Virus record (IMG/VR): IMGVR_UViG_3300046674_000373
Location: 32,166-96,165 of that record
Source of the DNA: a virus
Strand: one strand, 5' to 3'
Length of the DNA stretch: 64,000 bases
Positions 1-10,145 of the stretch are shown piece by piece. The translations under genes were made by a program, and so were the position numbers. Position 1 is the first letter of the stretch; every line of letters starts with the position of its first letter. The notes under the pieces are model-generated. The model was given only the letters and a program-made list of their open reading frames with translations, was not told where the DNA came from and ran no database searches.

Positions 1-500
1 TTCACATAGTTTTCGATCCCATGGTGCCGGGCATGCTCAGCGCGGGTCATGAGTTCAAGATTGTCGGGGTCGTTGTTGGTTTTGTTTTCATCTTTATGGT
101 GAACCACTTCGTTTTCCGTGATCCGCCGTCCGATGATCTTCTCCATCTCGACCACATGAACGGAGCGCCCCTTGTGTTCTCCGGTCGTGTATTCGAGGTA
201 CCCGTTTGGCCTCAGGGATACCCCCGCAGCGCTTTTCACTCGGCTGCTTTGCTGGTGCCCGAGTGACATCTTTCTTTTCGTGTCCTCGCTATGTGGACGC
301 CTCTTTCCGATCAGGTGAACACCGAGCTTGTGCGACACGGCCTTGATCCCATCCGCTCGAGAACGCAGAGGAATGCCGAAATCGATAAGCCGATTACGCG
401 CCGTCGATATAGTTAGACCGGTTATCTTTGCGATGTCCGGGATGCTTTTCGTTTCGGCCACATAAAGGCGCTCCAGATATTCTTTGTCGATTGGCTGCAT
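1..500 (-). CDS. HNH homing endonuclease with NUMOD3-like motif (3' end runs off window)
   Basis: Manual translation from ATG at 500 (absent from ORF track because it has no stop in the window): MQPIDKEYLERLY...HSEDTKRKMS...EVVHHKDENKTNNDPDNLELMTRAEHARHH. Confidence 0.85.
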   Translation of the reverse strand, partial: MQPIDKEYLERLYVAETKSIPDIAKITGLTISTARNRLIDFGIPLRSRADGIKAVSHKLGVHLIGKRRPHSEDTKRKMSLGHQQSSRVKSAAGVSLRPNGYLEYTTGEHKGRSVHVVEMEKIIGRRITENEVVHHKDENKTNNDPDNLELMTRAEHARHHGIENYV

Positions 501-518
501 AAAGAGTGGTGTCACAAC

Positions 519-2039
519 CTAAAAATTGTTCTGGTATTTTTCGCGGGCGCGCTGCTTGGAGCCAAAAGTATGGCGAGCCCAATTCGGCGAGTAGCCCATC
601 TTCGCGCCGTAGGCCTCGAGCTCTGGCAGCGTCTTCATGTTCCGGATGGTCTGCTGGCGCTGCTTCTTCATCAGCTCGCGCATCTCGGGCGTGACCTCCT
701 CGAGGTTGCCCTCTGCGTATTCCAGCTTGCGCGGCTTGGTCTCGTACACGTGGCCACAGCCGGGGCACTCCGGCGCTGGGACGTGGACCAAGTGGCACTT
801 CGGGCACTGCGCGAGGTCGAGCTCCTTCTTTTCCTTCTTCTTGCCCTTGCCCTTGACCTCACCCTCGAGCGACCACTCGCGCTCGTCGTCGGCGAAGCCG
901 TGTTTGAGGGTTAGGCCCGCATGGTCGAGCACATAAAAGATACGACCTTTTGGCCCAGCGTCGATCGCGGCAAAGCGCTGCTCGATGCTGTCGAGTGGCA
1001 TCCCTGGCGCGTAGACAAGCCTCGATCCACGGCCGACGAATTGCAGGTATGATGACAACGACATGGAAGGACGCAGCAGGATCACCGCTCCGACACACGG
1101 GCAATCCCAGCCTTCGACGAGAAGCATTGCCGAGGTAACCACCTTCAGCTTTCCATTTTCCAGCTCGCGCGTAGCTCGCTCGCGCTCCTCAGAAGTGCTC
1201 TCGCCACAAAGCATCATGGCCGGAATGCCAGCTGCATTGAATTCGTCGGCAACGTGCTGTGCGTGCGCGACGTTCGCGCACCAGGCTGCAGCTGGAACCC
1301 CCGGGCAAATTCGTTTCCAGTTTTCTATGGCCGAGCCGGTAATCTTCGGCTTGTCCATGACTGCGGCCAGCGAATCGCTGTCGAAGTCCTTTCCGCGCAT
1401 CTTGACTTCGGAGAGGTCGACTTTGATCGGCGCCGCGTAGACAACAGGTCGAGCGAGGTAGGCCTGCTCGATCATTTGGCGGAAGCTGATACCTTGGACG
1501 ATCTCGTCGAACAGGCCGCCACTGTGACGGCCAAGGCCTTTTCCATCAAGGCGAATCGGACTTCCGGTCACACCGAGGATGCGGGCGGGGTGGAAGTGGT
1601 TGCAAATGTCGAGGTATGACTTGGCGGCGCTGAGGTGGCATTCGTCGATCACGATCAGATCGAATGCGTCTGGTGGAAGATTTTTAAGGCGCCGAACCAG
1701 GGTCTGGACACTAGCCAACTGCACTTTGCGCATTCGGTTTGGCGTGAATCCAGACATGATGATGCCGTGCGCAACGCCATAGTCGGTCAACTTGCGACTC
1801 GCCTGTTTAATCAGGATGTCGCGGTGGGCGAGGATGAGAACTCGGTTTCCTTTGTTTGCAGCGCTGCGGGCAATAAAACTGAAAACAACCGTTTTCCCAG
1901 ATCCGGTAGCAGCCACCAGCAGCACCGCTTTCACTTTGGCCGCGAACCTAGCCCGGACCTTGGCGACGAAATCTTCCTGGTAGTCGCGCAACGCGACAAT
2001 GACGGACTGCACGCCCGCCACGATGGCATTCTGGCTCAT
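519..2039 (-). CDS. SF2 DEAD/DEAH-box helicase with C-terminal Zn ribbon
   Basis: ATGSGKT, IDECH, TGSP, QFVGRGSR motifs; CPKC..CPGC. Confidence 0.9.
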   Translation of the reverse strand: MSQNAIVAGVQSVIVALRDYQEDFVAKVRARFAAKVKAVLLVAATGSGKTVVFSFIARSAANKGNRVLILAHRDILIKQASRKLTDYGVAHGIIMSGFTPNRMRKVQLASVQTLVRRLKNLPPDAFDLIVIDECHLSAAKSYLDICNHFHPARILGVTGSPIRLDGKGLGRHSGGLFDEIVQGISFRQMIEQAYLARPVVYAAPIKVDLSEVKMRGKDFDSDSLAAVMDKPKITGSAIENWKRICPGVPAAAWCANVAHAQHVADEFNAAGIPAMMLCGESTSEERERATRELENGKLKVVTSAMLLVEGWDCPCVGAVILLRPSMSLSSYLQFVGRGSRLVYAPGMPLDSIEQRFAAIDAGPKGRIFYVLDHAGLTLKHGFADDEREWSLEGEVKGKGKKKEKKELDLAQCPKCHLVHVPAPECPGCGHVYETKPRKLEYAEGNLEEVTPEMRELMKKQRQQTIRNMKTLPELEAYGAKMGYSPNWARHTFGSKQRAREKYQNNF

Positions 2040-2060
2040 GGGTGGCCCTACGGCAGCGGA

Positions 2061-2315
2061 TTACTGCTGCGCAGCGCCGCCGGCAGCGGCCTGTTTCTCG
2101 CGAAATTCCTGCTCCAGCCGCATCACCTCGGCATCCATCTCGTCCAGCTTGGTCACCGACTGCGGCGGCCGGGTCATCCAGCGCTCGTAGGTCGCGCGCG
2201 CGATGCCGGTGTTCTTGGTGACCTGGGTCATGTTGGAGCCAACCGCCTTCGCGCGCTTCTCCATATCTTCCAGCCGCGCATGCATTTCGGCGGCAAAAGT
2301 CGTCTTCTCGGACAT
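2061..2315 (-). CDS. Cro-like HTH DNA-binding protein
   Basis: MTQVTKNTGIARATYERW HTH pattern; GGAG SD; divergent from recombination operon. Confidence 0.6.
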   Translation of the reverse strand: MSEKTTFAAEMHARLEDMEKRAKAVGSNMTQVTKNTGIARATYERWMTRPPQSVTKLDEMDAEVMRLEQEFREKQAAAGGAAQQ

Positions 2316-2324
2316 AGACACTCC

Positions 2325-2480
2325 AATAAAAATTTTTCTAATTGTAGCCGAAAATCACTACTACACACAAAAATATTGTATGATTATTGCGTGTAGTTAA
2401 GTGCATTTCAGAGTATTGGAGTGCCGCAGGCTTGATTGCATCGCCTGCTTTCCTTCATTTTTATTGAGTGATTTGTTTCG
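2325..2480. promoter_or_regulatory. AT-rich divergent promoter region
   Basis: AT-rich gap between divergent operons; TATGAT -10-like hexamer near 2379. Confidence 0.5.
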
Positions 2481-2491
2481 GAACCGAACCT

Positions 2492-3523
2492 ATGACGGAT
2501 CTATACGATCAGGGCGGCGGCAAGTTTGCGCCAGCTATTGACCACCCGACAGGCCTGGTGGAGTGCAGTAACGAAGAGTACCACTCGGGCCCGGGCATCA
2601 GCAAAAGCTCCCTGGATGCCATCGCGATAAGCCCGCTCTACTATTGGGATGCCTACCTTAATCCTGACCGCGAACCGCGCGAGGAGAAACATTGCTTCGC
2701 TGTTGGCGACGGCACGCACAAGCTGGTGCTGGAACCGGGCGAATTCGAAAAGCACTACGATGTCGGCTTCGACAAGTCGAAGTACCCGAGCGCGCTGAAT
2801 ACTTCCGACGACTTGCGGCAGGCGCTGGCTAAGCATGGCGAGATGGTCAGCAGCAAGGCGGCCAAGCCGGAATTGATCCGCATGCTGCTGGAGATCGACC
2901 CGGCCGCCGAGATCCTCGCCGAGCTGGAGCGTAAGTACAACGAGGGCCTCCGCGGGAAGACCCTGATCGACGCCAAATCCTACAAGGACATGCTGGGCAT
3001 GCTGCGCGCGGTGAACAACCACCACACCGCGCCCGGGCTGCTCTTCAATGCCAGTACCGAGCAGTCGTTCTATGTGGTCGACCAGTTCGGCGTGCTGCGC
3101 AAGTGCCGGACGGACGCGATCACCTTCGACGGGCGGTACGTGGCCGACCTGAAGACTACCGACGACGTGAGCGAGGCCGGGTTCGGCCGCACGATCGCGC
3201 AGCGCCGCTACCATGTTCAGGCGGCCTGGTACCTCGACATCCTCAAGATGCTCTACGGCGCCGACGCCCCGCGCGAATTCGTGTTCATCGCGGCGCAGAA
3301 GACGCGCCCATACGACGTCGCAGTGCACTTTCTGAACGAGGCCGACATCCACCTCGGCCGCCGCCTCTACCAGCAGGACCTCGCCACCTACATCCACTGC
3401 CTGCGCGCCGGTTATTGGCCCGGCGCCGACGGCGGCGAAATCATCCAGGCGCGGCTGCCGAACTGGGCCGAGTACCAGGCGGATGCCGCCGACCTGTCCG
3501 GCTGGAACGCGCTGGCCGCCTGA
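2492..3523 (+). CDS. RecE/exonuclease VIII-like PD-(D/E)XK nuclease (DUF3799-like)
   Basis: NEEYHSGPGISKSSLD, KCRTD, DLKTT, YHVQAAWY. Confidence 0.85.
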   Translation: MTDLYDQGGGKFAPAIDHPTGLVECSNEEYHSGPGISKSSLDAIAISPLYYWDAYLNPDREPREEKHCFAVGDGTHKLVLEPGEFEKHYDVGFDKSKYPSALNTSDDLRQALAKHGEMVSSKAAKPELIRMLLEIDPAAEILAELERKYNEGLRGKTLIDAKSYKDMLGMLRAVNNHHTAPGLLFNASTEQSFYVVDQFGVLRKCRTDAITFDGRYVADLKTTDDVSEAGFGRTIAQRRYHVQAAWYLDILKMLYGADAPREFVFIAAQKTRPYDVAVHFLNEADIHLGRRLYQQDLATYIHCLRAGYWPGADGGEIIQARLPNWAEYQADAADLSGWNALAA

Positions 3524-3551
3524 TCACCTTCCCCAACCACCGAGAGCACAC

Positions 3552-4136
3552 ATGAGCAAGTTCACAGTCGAAGAGCGCGGCAAGTGCGTCATCATCTACG
3601 GATTCATGCCAGTAGACTGGCTGTCGCGCTTTAGCAAAATGATGCCAGGCGCGCTCGTCGCTCCGCATCTGGCGCAGATGCTGGGCGCGCACTTCGCGTT
3701 CGGCCTGAAGGCCGACGTCGACGCGCTGATCGCCGAGCTGAAGCCACAGGTCGAGGCCCGCGTGCGCGCTGAGCCTGCCAACAGCAACCTCTCTCACGAG
3801 GCCTCCATCTGGCTGGCCTCCGGCGAGCGCGGCGTCAGCAGCAACACGATCTTTTCCAAGCTGACCGGCGTCGACTCGCTGGACAACTGGACGGCTGACT
3901 GCCCCTCGGACGTTTGGGACCTGCGCCGCTGCCGGCTGCTGCTGGAGCAGGTGCCTGAGCTCGTCGCCCGGTTTCCGCAGATGGCGACGGCATCGAAGCG
4001 CTGGTCCGCCCTCGTGCGCGAGTGGGACACGATCTGCCGTGTGATGGACGAGGAACTGCCGAACTGGCGCAACCCGAAACTGAACGACAACGCCCCCATG
4101 ACCTACAAACTTCTCAAACAGGCCGTCGGCCACTAA
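3552..4136 (+). CDS. hypothetical protein
   Basis: ORF with SD; WLASGERGVSS...PSDVWDLRRCRLLL. Confidence 0.65.
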   Translation: MSKFTVEERGKCVIIYGFMPVDWLSRFSKMMPGALVAPHLAQMLGAHFAFGLKADVDALIAELKPQVEARVRAEPANSNLSHEASIWLASGERGVSSNTIFSKLTGVDSLDNWTADCPSDVWDLRRCRLLLEQVPELVARFPQMATASKRWSALVREWDTICRVMDEELPNWRNPKLNDNAPMTYKLLKQAVGH

Positions 4137-4141
4137 CCACC

Positions 4142-5464
4142 ATGACCACAAAAAAAATCGCGAAGGTACGCATCAGCAACATCCTCGGCATCGACGAGCT
4201 GGAGTTCACGCCGGACGGCAAGCTGACCGAGATCACCGGCAAGAACGGCAAGGGCAAGACCTCGGTGCTGGAGGCGATCAAGTCGGTCGCAGGCGGATCC
4301 GACGCCACGCTCCTGCGCAAGGGCGCCGAAAAGGGCGAGGTCGTCCTGGTGCTGGACGACGGCACCGAGCTGATCAACAAGGTGACCGCGTCGAGCAGCA
4401 CCAAGACGATGATCCGCGACGGCAAGAAGGTGCCGAAGCCAGCCGACGCCATCCGCCAGCTGGTCGACCTGCTGTCGGTGAACCCGGTCGAGTTCCTGAC
4501 CGCGCGCAAGCAGGACCGCGTCAAGGTACTGCTTGAGGCGATGCCGATCGAGCTCGACGTCGAGAAGCTGTCCCGGATCGCCGGCGTGCCTGTCAAGGCC
4601 GCGCCAGGCGTGCCGGCCCTCGACCTGATCGAGCTGGTGCGCAAGCAGGTCTACGAGGACCGCACCGGCACGAACCGTGCCGTCAAGGAGAAGGACTCCA
4701 CGATCAACCAGATGACGCTGGCGCTGCCGGAAGTGCCGGAAGGCGTCAGCGGCAACGAGGACGAGCTGCGTGCGCAGCTGGAGCAGGCGCGGACCACGCG
4801 GGACGCCGAGCACCAGCGGATCGCGACCAAGCTCGACGGGATCCGCAAGGAGAACTCGGACAAGGTCGCCACGCTTCGCGCCGAGGCTCAGGCCCAGATC
4901 GATGCGATCAACGCGAAGCTGCAGCAGGACGTCGACGCAGCGAAGGCAGAGCTGACCGACTGGGAAGGCAAGGCGGCGCGCCAGCGCGAGCTGACCACCG
5001 AGCGCTTCACCACCGCGGCGTCGCCGCTGAACGAAGCGCTGGCCGTCATCAAGTCCAGCCGCGACACCTTCGCCAAGCGCGAGCAGGCCGAGGCCTACAT
5101 CAAACAGATGCAGGAGGAGCTGGCAGGCCTGCAGCAGGACGCCGACCGCCAGACCAAGGCGCTGGACGCGATCGACGCCTACAAGGTCGAGCTGATCAGC
5201 AAGTTGCCGATCCCGGGTCTCGAAGTGGTCAACGGCGAGGTGCTGCGCAACGGCATCGTGTTCGACCGCCTCAACACGGCGCAGCAGGTCGATATCGCGA
5301 TCGAAATCGCCAAGCTGCGCGCCGGCGAACTGGCCATCGCCTGCGTCGACAACTTCGAAATGCTCGACCCGGAAGCCTTCGAAGAGTTCCGCGCGCGCGC
5401 CGAGGAATCGAACCTCCAGCTCTTCGTCACCCGCGTCACCGGCGACGAATTCCAGATTCAGTAA
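4142..5464 (+). CDS. SMC/Rad50-like ABC ATPase with coiled coil
   Basis: Walker A GKNGKGKTS, long coiled coil, C-terminal LNTAQQ signature-like segment and CVDNFE Walker B. Confidence 0.8.
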   Translation: MTTKKIAKVRISNILGIDELEFTPDGKLTEITGKNGKGKTSVLEAIKSVAGGSDATLLRKGAEKGEVVLVLDDGTELINKVTASSSTKTMIRDGKKVPKPADAIRQLVDLLSVNPVEFLTARKQDRVKVLLEAMPIELDVEKLSRIAGVPVKAAPGVPALDLIELVRKQVYEDRTGTNRAVKEKDSTINQMTLALPEVPEGVSGNEDELRAQLEQARTTRDAEHQRIATKLDGIRKENSDKVATLRAEAQAQIDAINAKLQQDVDAAKAELTDWEGKAARQRELTTERFTTAASPLNEALAVIKSSRDTFAKREQAEAYIKQMQEELAGLQQDADRQTKALDAIDAYKVELISKLPIPGLEVVNGEVLRNGIVFDRLNTAQQVDIAIEIAKLRAGELAIACVDNFEMLDPEAFEEFRARAEESNLQLFVTRVTGDEFQIQ

Positions 5465-5488
5465 CCCCCACCACTCTCAGGAGAGAAC

Positions 5489-6586
5489 ATGCAAGACCTC
5501 GTACCAACCCAGCACCAGCAGCAACACCATCCCGTCCCGTTCGGCCAGGGCCGCGGGCTCGCGCAGACCGGCGCCATCAACCAGGGCGCCGTCACCGTCG
5601 AAGTCGAGCGCGCGATTGCCGAAGCGCAGGGCCAGATGGCGCTGGCGAAGCGCTTCCCGCGCGACCTTACCGCGGCGCACGCCGAGCTGATGCTGGCCTG
5701 CAAGTCGCCAGCCTTCGCTGGTGTCGCCTTTTATTCCAAGCCGCAAGGCGGCAGCACGGTGACCGGCCCGTCCATCCGCATGGCCGAGCAGATCGCCCAG
5801 GTGTACGGCAACTTCCAGTACGGCCACCGCGAACTGTCGCGCGACGACTCCAAGTCCGAGGTCGAGGTGTTCGCCTGGGACATGGAGAAGAACAACTACG
5901 TGAAGCGCCAGCTGACGGTGCTGCACGTGCGCGACACCCGCGAGGGCCCCAAGAAGCTGCGCGACCAGACCGACATCGACATGAAGATCAACAACGTCGC
6001 GAGCAAGCAGTCGCGCGGGCTGATCCTCGCGATGATGCCGAAGTGGCTGGTCGAGGAAGCCGTCCAGGATTGCCGCAAGACCATTGCCGGCAACAACGAG
6101 GAGCCGCTCGAGGTGCGCGTCCGCAAGATGACGCAGGCGTTCGCCAAGTTCGGCGTCAAGCCGCAGCACCTGGAGAAGTACCTAGGCCACACGCTGGACG
6201 AGGTGCTGCTTGACGAGCTGGTCGACCTGCAGGGCGTGTACAACTCGCTGCGCGACGGCACGCCGGCATCGGACATCTTCGGCGACCACGACGATGAAAG
6301 CCCGCAGGCCGAGTCCACCAGCAAGGGCATCGCCGAGACGGCCAAGGCTGGCGCGGCGGCGAAAGCGGCGGCCGACAAGACGAAACCTGCCGCTAAAGCA
6401 GGCACTGTTGCACAAAAACAAGGCGCAGCCGAGCCGGCACCGGATAGCAATCCCGTGAAATCGGAAAGCAAGGCCGTGGAAGAACAAGCCACGCCAGCCG
6501 CTACACCGGCCGAGAACTCGCAAGCACAAACCGAGGGTGCTGATTCTGTACCAGACCGTACAAAAGACGGTGCGGACCTGTTCTAA
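5489..6586 (+). CDS. putative recombination/ssDNA-annealing protein
   Basis: Position in RecE/ATPase operon; globular N-terminus, disordered linker, acidic-aromatic C-terminal tip DGADLF; function inferred. Confidence 0.45.
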   Translation: MQDLVPTQHQQQHHPVPFGQGRGLAQTGAINQGAVTVEVERAIAEAQGQMALAKRFPRDLTAAHAELMLACKSPAFAGVAFYSKPQGGSTVTGPSIRMAEQIAQVYGNFQYGHRELSRDDSKSEVEVFAWDMEKNNYVKRQLTVLHVRDTREGPKKLRDQTDIDMKINNVASKQSRGLILAMMPKWLVEEAVQDCRKTIAGNNEEPLEVRVRKMTQAFAKFGVKPQHLEKYLGHTLDEVLLDELVDLQGVYNSLRDGTPASDIFGDHDDESPQAESTSKGIAETAKAGAAAKAAADKTKPAAKAGTVAQKQGAAEPAPDSNPVKSESKAVEEQATPAATPAENSQAQTEGADSVPDRTKDGADLF

Positions 6587-6616
6587 GCAACAAAAGAAGG
6601 CAAACGGGGCAGTTTT

Positions 6617-6829
6617 ATGACGGACAAGGCAAAGAACTATTTCACGCCAAAGGAATTGTCGGAGCATTTGGACGGACGCATTAAGGTCCGGACGTTGAAT
6701 AACTGGCGCCAGAATGGCTCGGGCCCGCCTTTTACGAAGATCGGCGGTGCCGTGCTGTACCCAGTGACCGCCGTCGAAGCCTGGCTCAAGTCCAGGACGG
6801 TGTCGAACACCAGCCAGTATTCGAAGTGA
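6617..6829 (+). CDS. excisionase-like HTH protein
   Basis: FTPKELSEHL..IKVRTLNNWRQNGSGPPFTKIGGAVLY. Confidence 0.75.
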   Translation: MTDKAKNYFTPKELSEHLDGRIKVRTLNNWRQNGSGPPFTKIGGAVLYPVTAVEAWLKSRTVSNTSQYSK

Positions 6830-6834
6830 CCAGC

Positions 6835-6858
6835 GCGGGGCTCCGGCCCCGCATTTTT
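6835..6858 (+). terminator. intrinsic terminator
   Basis: GCGGGG-ctccgg-CCCCGC followed by ATTTTT. Confidence 0.6.
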
Positions 6859-6876
6859 CAAAGCCGGGGAGGCAAT

Positions 6877-7530
6877 ATGCATGCAGAAAAAGATGCTGTA
6901 GCGGCGGCCGCGCGCGCGCCGAAAGAGAGACCGATTTTGTTCAGCGGCGCCATGGTGCGCGCGCTGCTCGACGGCAGCAAGACCCAGACGCGGCGCATCG
7001 CGAAGCCGCGCCGGAAGCCCAGCCTGCTCGATGGCACGTGGACAGACGACTACGTGCTCGACGCAGGGAATCATGAGTGGCTGATGGCGGATAACCCCTA
7101 CGGCCAGCCCGGCGACCGCCTGTGGGTGCGCGAGACGTTCGTCCATATCGATGATGAGGGCGACAAATTCGACGGTATGGGCAGCCAGACTTACTACCGC
7201 GCGTCGTGCCCCCAGCCGGAACGCGACGACGCTTGGCTACGCGAGCGCGGTCTTCGCTGGCGCCCCAGCATCCACATGCCACGGGCGCGCAGCCGCATCC
7301 TGCTTGAGGTGGTCAGCGTGCGCGTCGAGCGGCTGCAGGATATCAGCGAGGCAGATGCGCAGTCCGAAGGCGTGGCCGAGTGGGCGCGCGGCGCGTGCGC
7401 AGCTGGCAACCCGAACGGATACACCGACGTCGGCTACTACTCCCTACTGTGGGAGCAGATCAACGGCGCCGGCAGCTGGGATGCCAACCCATGGGTGTGG
7501 GTGGTCGAGTTCAAGCGGGTGCAGCCATGA
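6877..7530 (+). CDS. ASCH-like phage protein
   Basis: ERPILFSGAMVRALLDGSKTQTRR, WRPSIHMPR, WDANPWVWVVEF. Confidence 0.7.
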   Translation: MHAEKDAVAAAARAPKERPILFSGAMVRALLDGSKTQTRRIAKPRRKPSLLDGTWTDDYVLDAGNHEWLMADNPYGQPGDRLWVRETFVHIDDEGDKFDGMGSQTYYRASCPQPERDDAWLRERGLRWRPSIHMPRARSRILLEVVSVRVERLQDISEADAQSEGVAEWARGACAAGNPNGYTDVGYYSLLWEQINGAGSWDANPWVWVVEFKRVQP

Positions 7531-7946
7531 CGCGCGCCACAACCGCCAAGAAGACCGATCGCCTGGCGCACGTCAACGACCTGATCAAGACCATTTCCGA
7601 TTACGGCCGCCGATTCTTCTACAACAAGGAGCGTGACCGCGTCGCGCGCATGCTGATCGGCCCGAAGGGTCACCTTTACTTTCAAGACGACTACACCGGC
7701 AAGGCGATCTACGTCGCGTACCAAGGTCGCTGGAGTGGCTTTAGCCACGGCGGCACGCTGAAGACCCTGGTCGAAGCGCTGGCCAACTACGTCCGGACCG
7801 GACAACAGCTGTCGATCGGCTGGATCGGGCCGGAGCGCTTCGACGACAGCAATATCTGGGGCTACGCCGAGGACGAAATGGCGAAGTGCCGGGCGGCCGC
7901 CCTGACCAACCCGGCGATCAAGCGTCGGGACGCCGCCACGGCGTGA
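7527..7946 (+). CDS. hypothetical protein
   Basis: ATGA overlap with upstream gene. Confidence 0.65.
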   Translation: MTRATTAKKTDRLAHVNDLIKTISDYGRRFFYNKERDRVARMLIGPKGHLYFQDDYTGKAIYVAYQGRWSGFSHGGTLKTLVEALANYVRTGQQLSIGWIGPERFDDSNIWGYAEDEMAKCRAAALTNPAIKRRDAATA

Positions 7947-7961
7947 CAACACAAGGTATAT

Positions 7962-9062
7962 ATGGAATGGACCAATCAACAGGCGGCCGCGCTCAAGGCC
8001 GTTCATAGCTGGCTACGCGACCCGAAGGGCAAGCAGGTTTTCCGCCTCTTCGGCTTCGCCGGTACCGGCAAGACTACCCTCGCCAAGCACATCGCCCAGT
8101 ATGCCGACGGCCTCGTCTGCTTCGCCTGCTTCACCGGCAAGGCCGCGCTTGTCCTCCGGAAGAAGGGCTGCGAGGGCGCCAGCACCATCCACTCGCTGAT
8201 CTACAAGATCGACGATCCGGAGGCCCAGCACCCGGAGTTCGTGCTGAACCCGGACAGCCCGCTCTCCATCGCGGAGCTCGCGATCATCGACGAGGTGTCG
8301 ATGGTCGACGAGGACCTCGGCCGCGACCTGCTCAGCTTCGGCAAGAAGGTGCTGGTGCTGGGCGACCCGATGCAGCTCAAGCCCGTGCGCAAGGACGAGG
8401 GGTACTTCACCGACCCGAAGGACAGGCCGGACGTGATGCTGACCGACATCCGGCGCCAGACGGCCGAGAACCCGATCATCCGACTGTCGATCGACGTGCG
8501 CGAGGGCCTCGGCTTGGTCGCAGGCGAGTACGGCGCGGCGCGCGTCATCCACCGCTCGCAGGTCGACCCGGAAAGCGTGCTGGCCGCCGACCAGGTGCTG
8601 GCCGGGATGAACAAGACCCGTCGCACGTTCAACCGGCGGATCCGCGAGCTGCGCGGCCGCACCAGCCCGCTGCCCCAGGAGGATGATCGCCTGGTCTGCC
8701 TGCGCAACAATCGCGAGCTCGGGCTGCTGAACGGCTCTCTCTGGCGCACCCAGCGCGCGTCTGCCTTCGGTGAGATCGTGACGCTGGAGGTCGATTCGCT
8801 GGACGGTCTGCAGGACCCGGGCGCGGTCACGGTGCCGGCCGCCTTCTTTCTCGGAACCGACGCCGACCTGGACTGGCGAATCAAGCGCCAGCATGAGGAG
8901 TTCGATTTCGGCGAGTGCCTCACCGTGCACAAGTCGCAAGGCTCCCAGTGGGACAACGTGATGTTGTTCGACGAGAGCGCCACCTTCCGCGAGCAGCGAA
9001 TCAACCACCTGTACACCGGCATCACCCGGGCGGCCGAGCGGCTGACCGTGGTGCTGCCTTAA
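7962..9062 (+). CDS. RecD/Dda-like SF1B helicase
   Basis: GFAGTGKT, IIDEVSMV, LGDPMQL, TVHKSQGSQW, YTGITRA. Confidence 0.9.
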   Translation: MEWTNQQAAALKAVHSWLRDPKGKQVFRLFGFAGTGKTTLAKHIAQYADGLVCFACFTGKAALVLRKKGCEGASTIHSLIYKIDDPEAQHPEFVLNPDSPLSIAELAIIDEVSMVDEDLGRDLLSFGKKVLVLGDPMQLKPVRKDEGYFTDPKDRPDVMLTDIRRQTAENPIIRLSIDVREGLGLVAGEYGAARVIHRSQVDPESVLAADQVLAGMNKTRRTFNRRIRELRGRTSPLPQEDDRLVCLRNNRELGLLNGSLWRTQRASAFGEIVTLEVDSLDGLQDPGAVTVPAAFFLGTDADLDWRIKRQHEEFDFGECLTVHKSQGSQWDNVMLFDESATFREQRINHLYTGITRAAERLTVVLP

Positions 9063-9076
9063 CCTGAAAGGAGTTT

Positions 9077-9631
9077 ATGAATACCCTCTGGAGCATCATC
9101 GCCCACCTGGTCTCGCGCCCGGCCGTGGTCGACTACCTGATCAAGCGCGCGAAGCGGACGCCCTACATCCACATCACCGGTCCGGACGGCAGCGTCTACA
9201 TGGAGCGCTACTGGCTCTTCAATCCGTACCCGGCGAACTCGTCCGGCAACCGGCCGTGGTGGAAGTTCCCGATCTCGATCCGGCTGCACCGGATCATGCG
9301 CGAGGACGACGACCGCGACCTGCATGACCACCCGTGGAACGCCCGAACGGTCATCCTGCATGGCTGGTACCGCGAAGTGCGCCTCAAGCAGCACCAGCAC
9401 GAGACGTACGAGAAGGTGTATCCGGTCGAGCTGGTTCCGGTCACCTACCGACGACTGCCAGGCGACACTGCGCGCCTGCGCTTCGGCGAGTACCACCGCA
9501 TTCTGCAGGTCAGCCCGGGCGGCGTCTGGACCCTGTTCATCACCGGCCGCTACCGCGGCACCTGGGGCTTTCTCGTCAGCGGGGTGAAGGTGCCATGGCG
9601 GCGTTACCTGGGCATCGAGGAGCAGGCATGA
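9077..9631 (+). CDS. cupin-like hypothetical protein
   Basis: DLHDHPWN...GWYRE...YHRI metal-ligand pattern. Confidence 0.55.
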   Translation: MNTLWSIIAHLVSRPAVVDYLIKRAKRTPYIHITGPDGSVYMERYWLFNPYPANSSGNRPWWKFPISIRLHRIMREDDDRDLHDHPWNARTVILHGWYREVRLKQHQHETYEKVYPVELVPVTYRRLPGDTARLRFGEYHRILQVSPGGVWTLFITGRYRGTWGFLVSGVKVPWRRYLGIEEQA

Positions 9632-9885
9632 TGACCGCTACCGCCCCACGCTACGCCCTTTACCCCGGCTTCGTCCGCAGCCAGACCGACGGCGACCGCC
9701 ACTACATCGGCGCGCTGACCCTGGCGCACCTGTACGGCGTGCGCGTGCAGGACTGCATCGTCATCAACCCGAACGACGCGGACGACCCCAGCCAGCGCGA
9801 GAAGCTGGAGCGGGCGCGCCGGCTCGTGCCGCTGGTGCCGCGCTACGACGGGAACTACACCCTGCCTCTGGCGAGGGCGGCATGA
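9628..9885 (+). CDS. hypothetical protein
   Basis: ATGA-coupled ORF. Confidence 0.6.
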   Translation: MMTATAPRYALYPGFVRSQTDGDRHYIGALTLAHLYGVRVQDCIVINPNDADDPSQREKLERARRLVPLVPRYDGNYTLPLARAA

Positions 9886-10145
9886 CCGCCGCCGTCTTGA
9901 CCCCGGCCCAGCTCATGCTGCTGCGCGAGGCGCTGGGCCTGAGCCACTACCAGCGGGCGCCGATCCGGCACAACCTGCCTGCTCATGCCGCCAAGGGGCG
10001 CGAGGACGACGTCGCTGCTCTGGAGCGTATGGGCTACCTGCGCACCAGGATGTTCGCCGGGGAGGGTGGTTGGGAGTCCGTCACCGAGATCACGGCCGAG
10101 GGCGAGGCTTGTGCGCTGGCGAACTCGACAGTGGAGGGCAGCTGA
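9882..10145 (+). CDS. hypothetical protein
   Basis: ATGA-coupled ORF. Confidence 0.55.
   Translation: MTAAVLTPAQLMLLREALGLSHYQRAPIRHNLPAHAAKGREDDVAALERMGYLRTRMFAGEGGWESVTEITAEGEACALANSTVEGS

Noticed and set aside
394-807. 137-aa ORF in the track spanning the helicase end
   Set aside because: Out-of-frame overlap; the credible downstream gene is the HNH starting at 500
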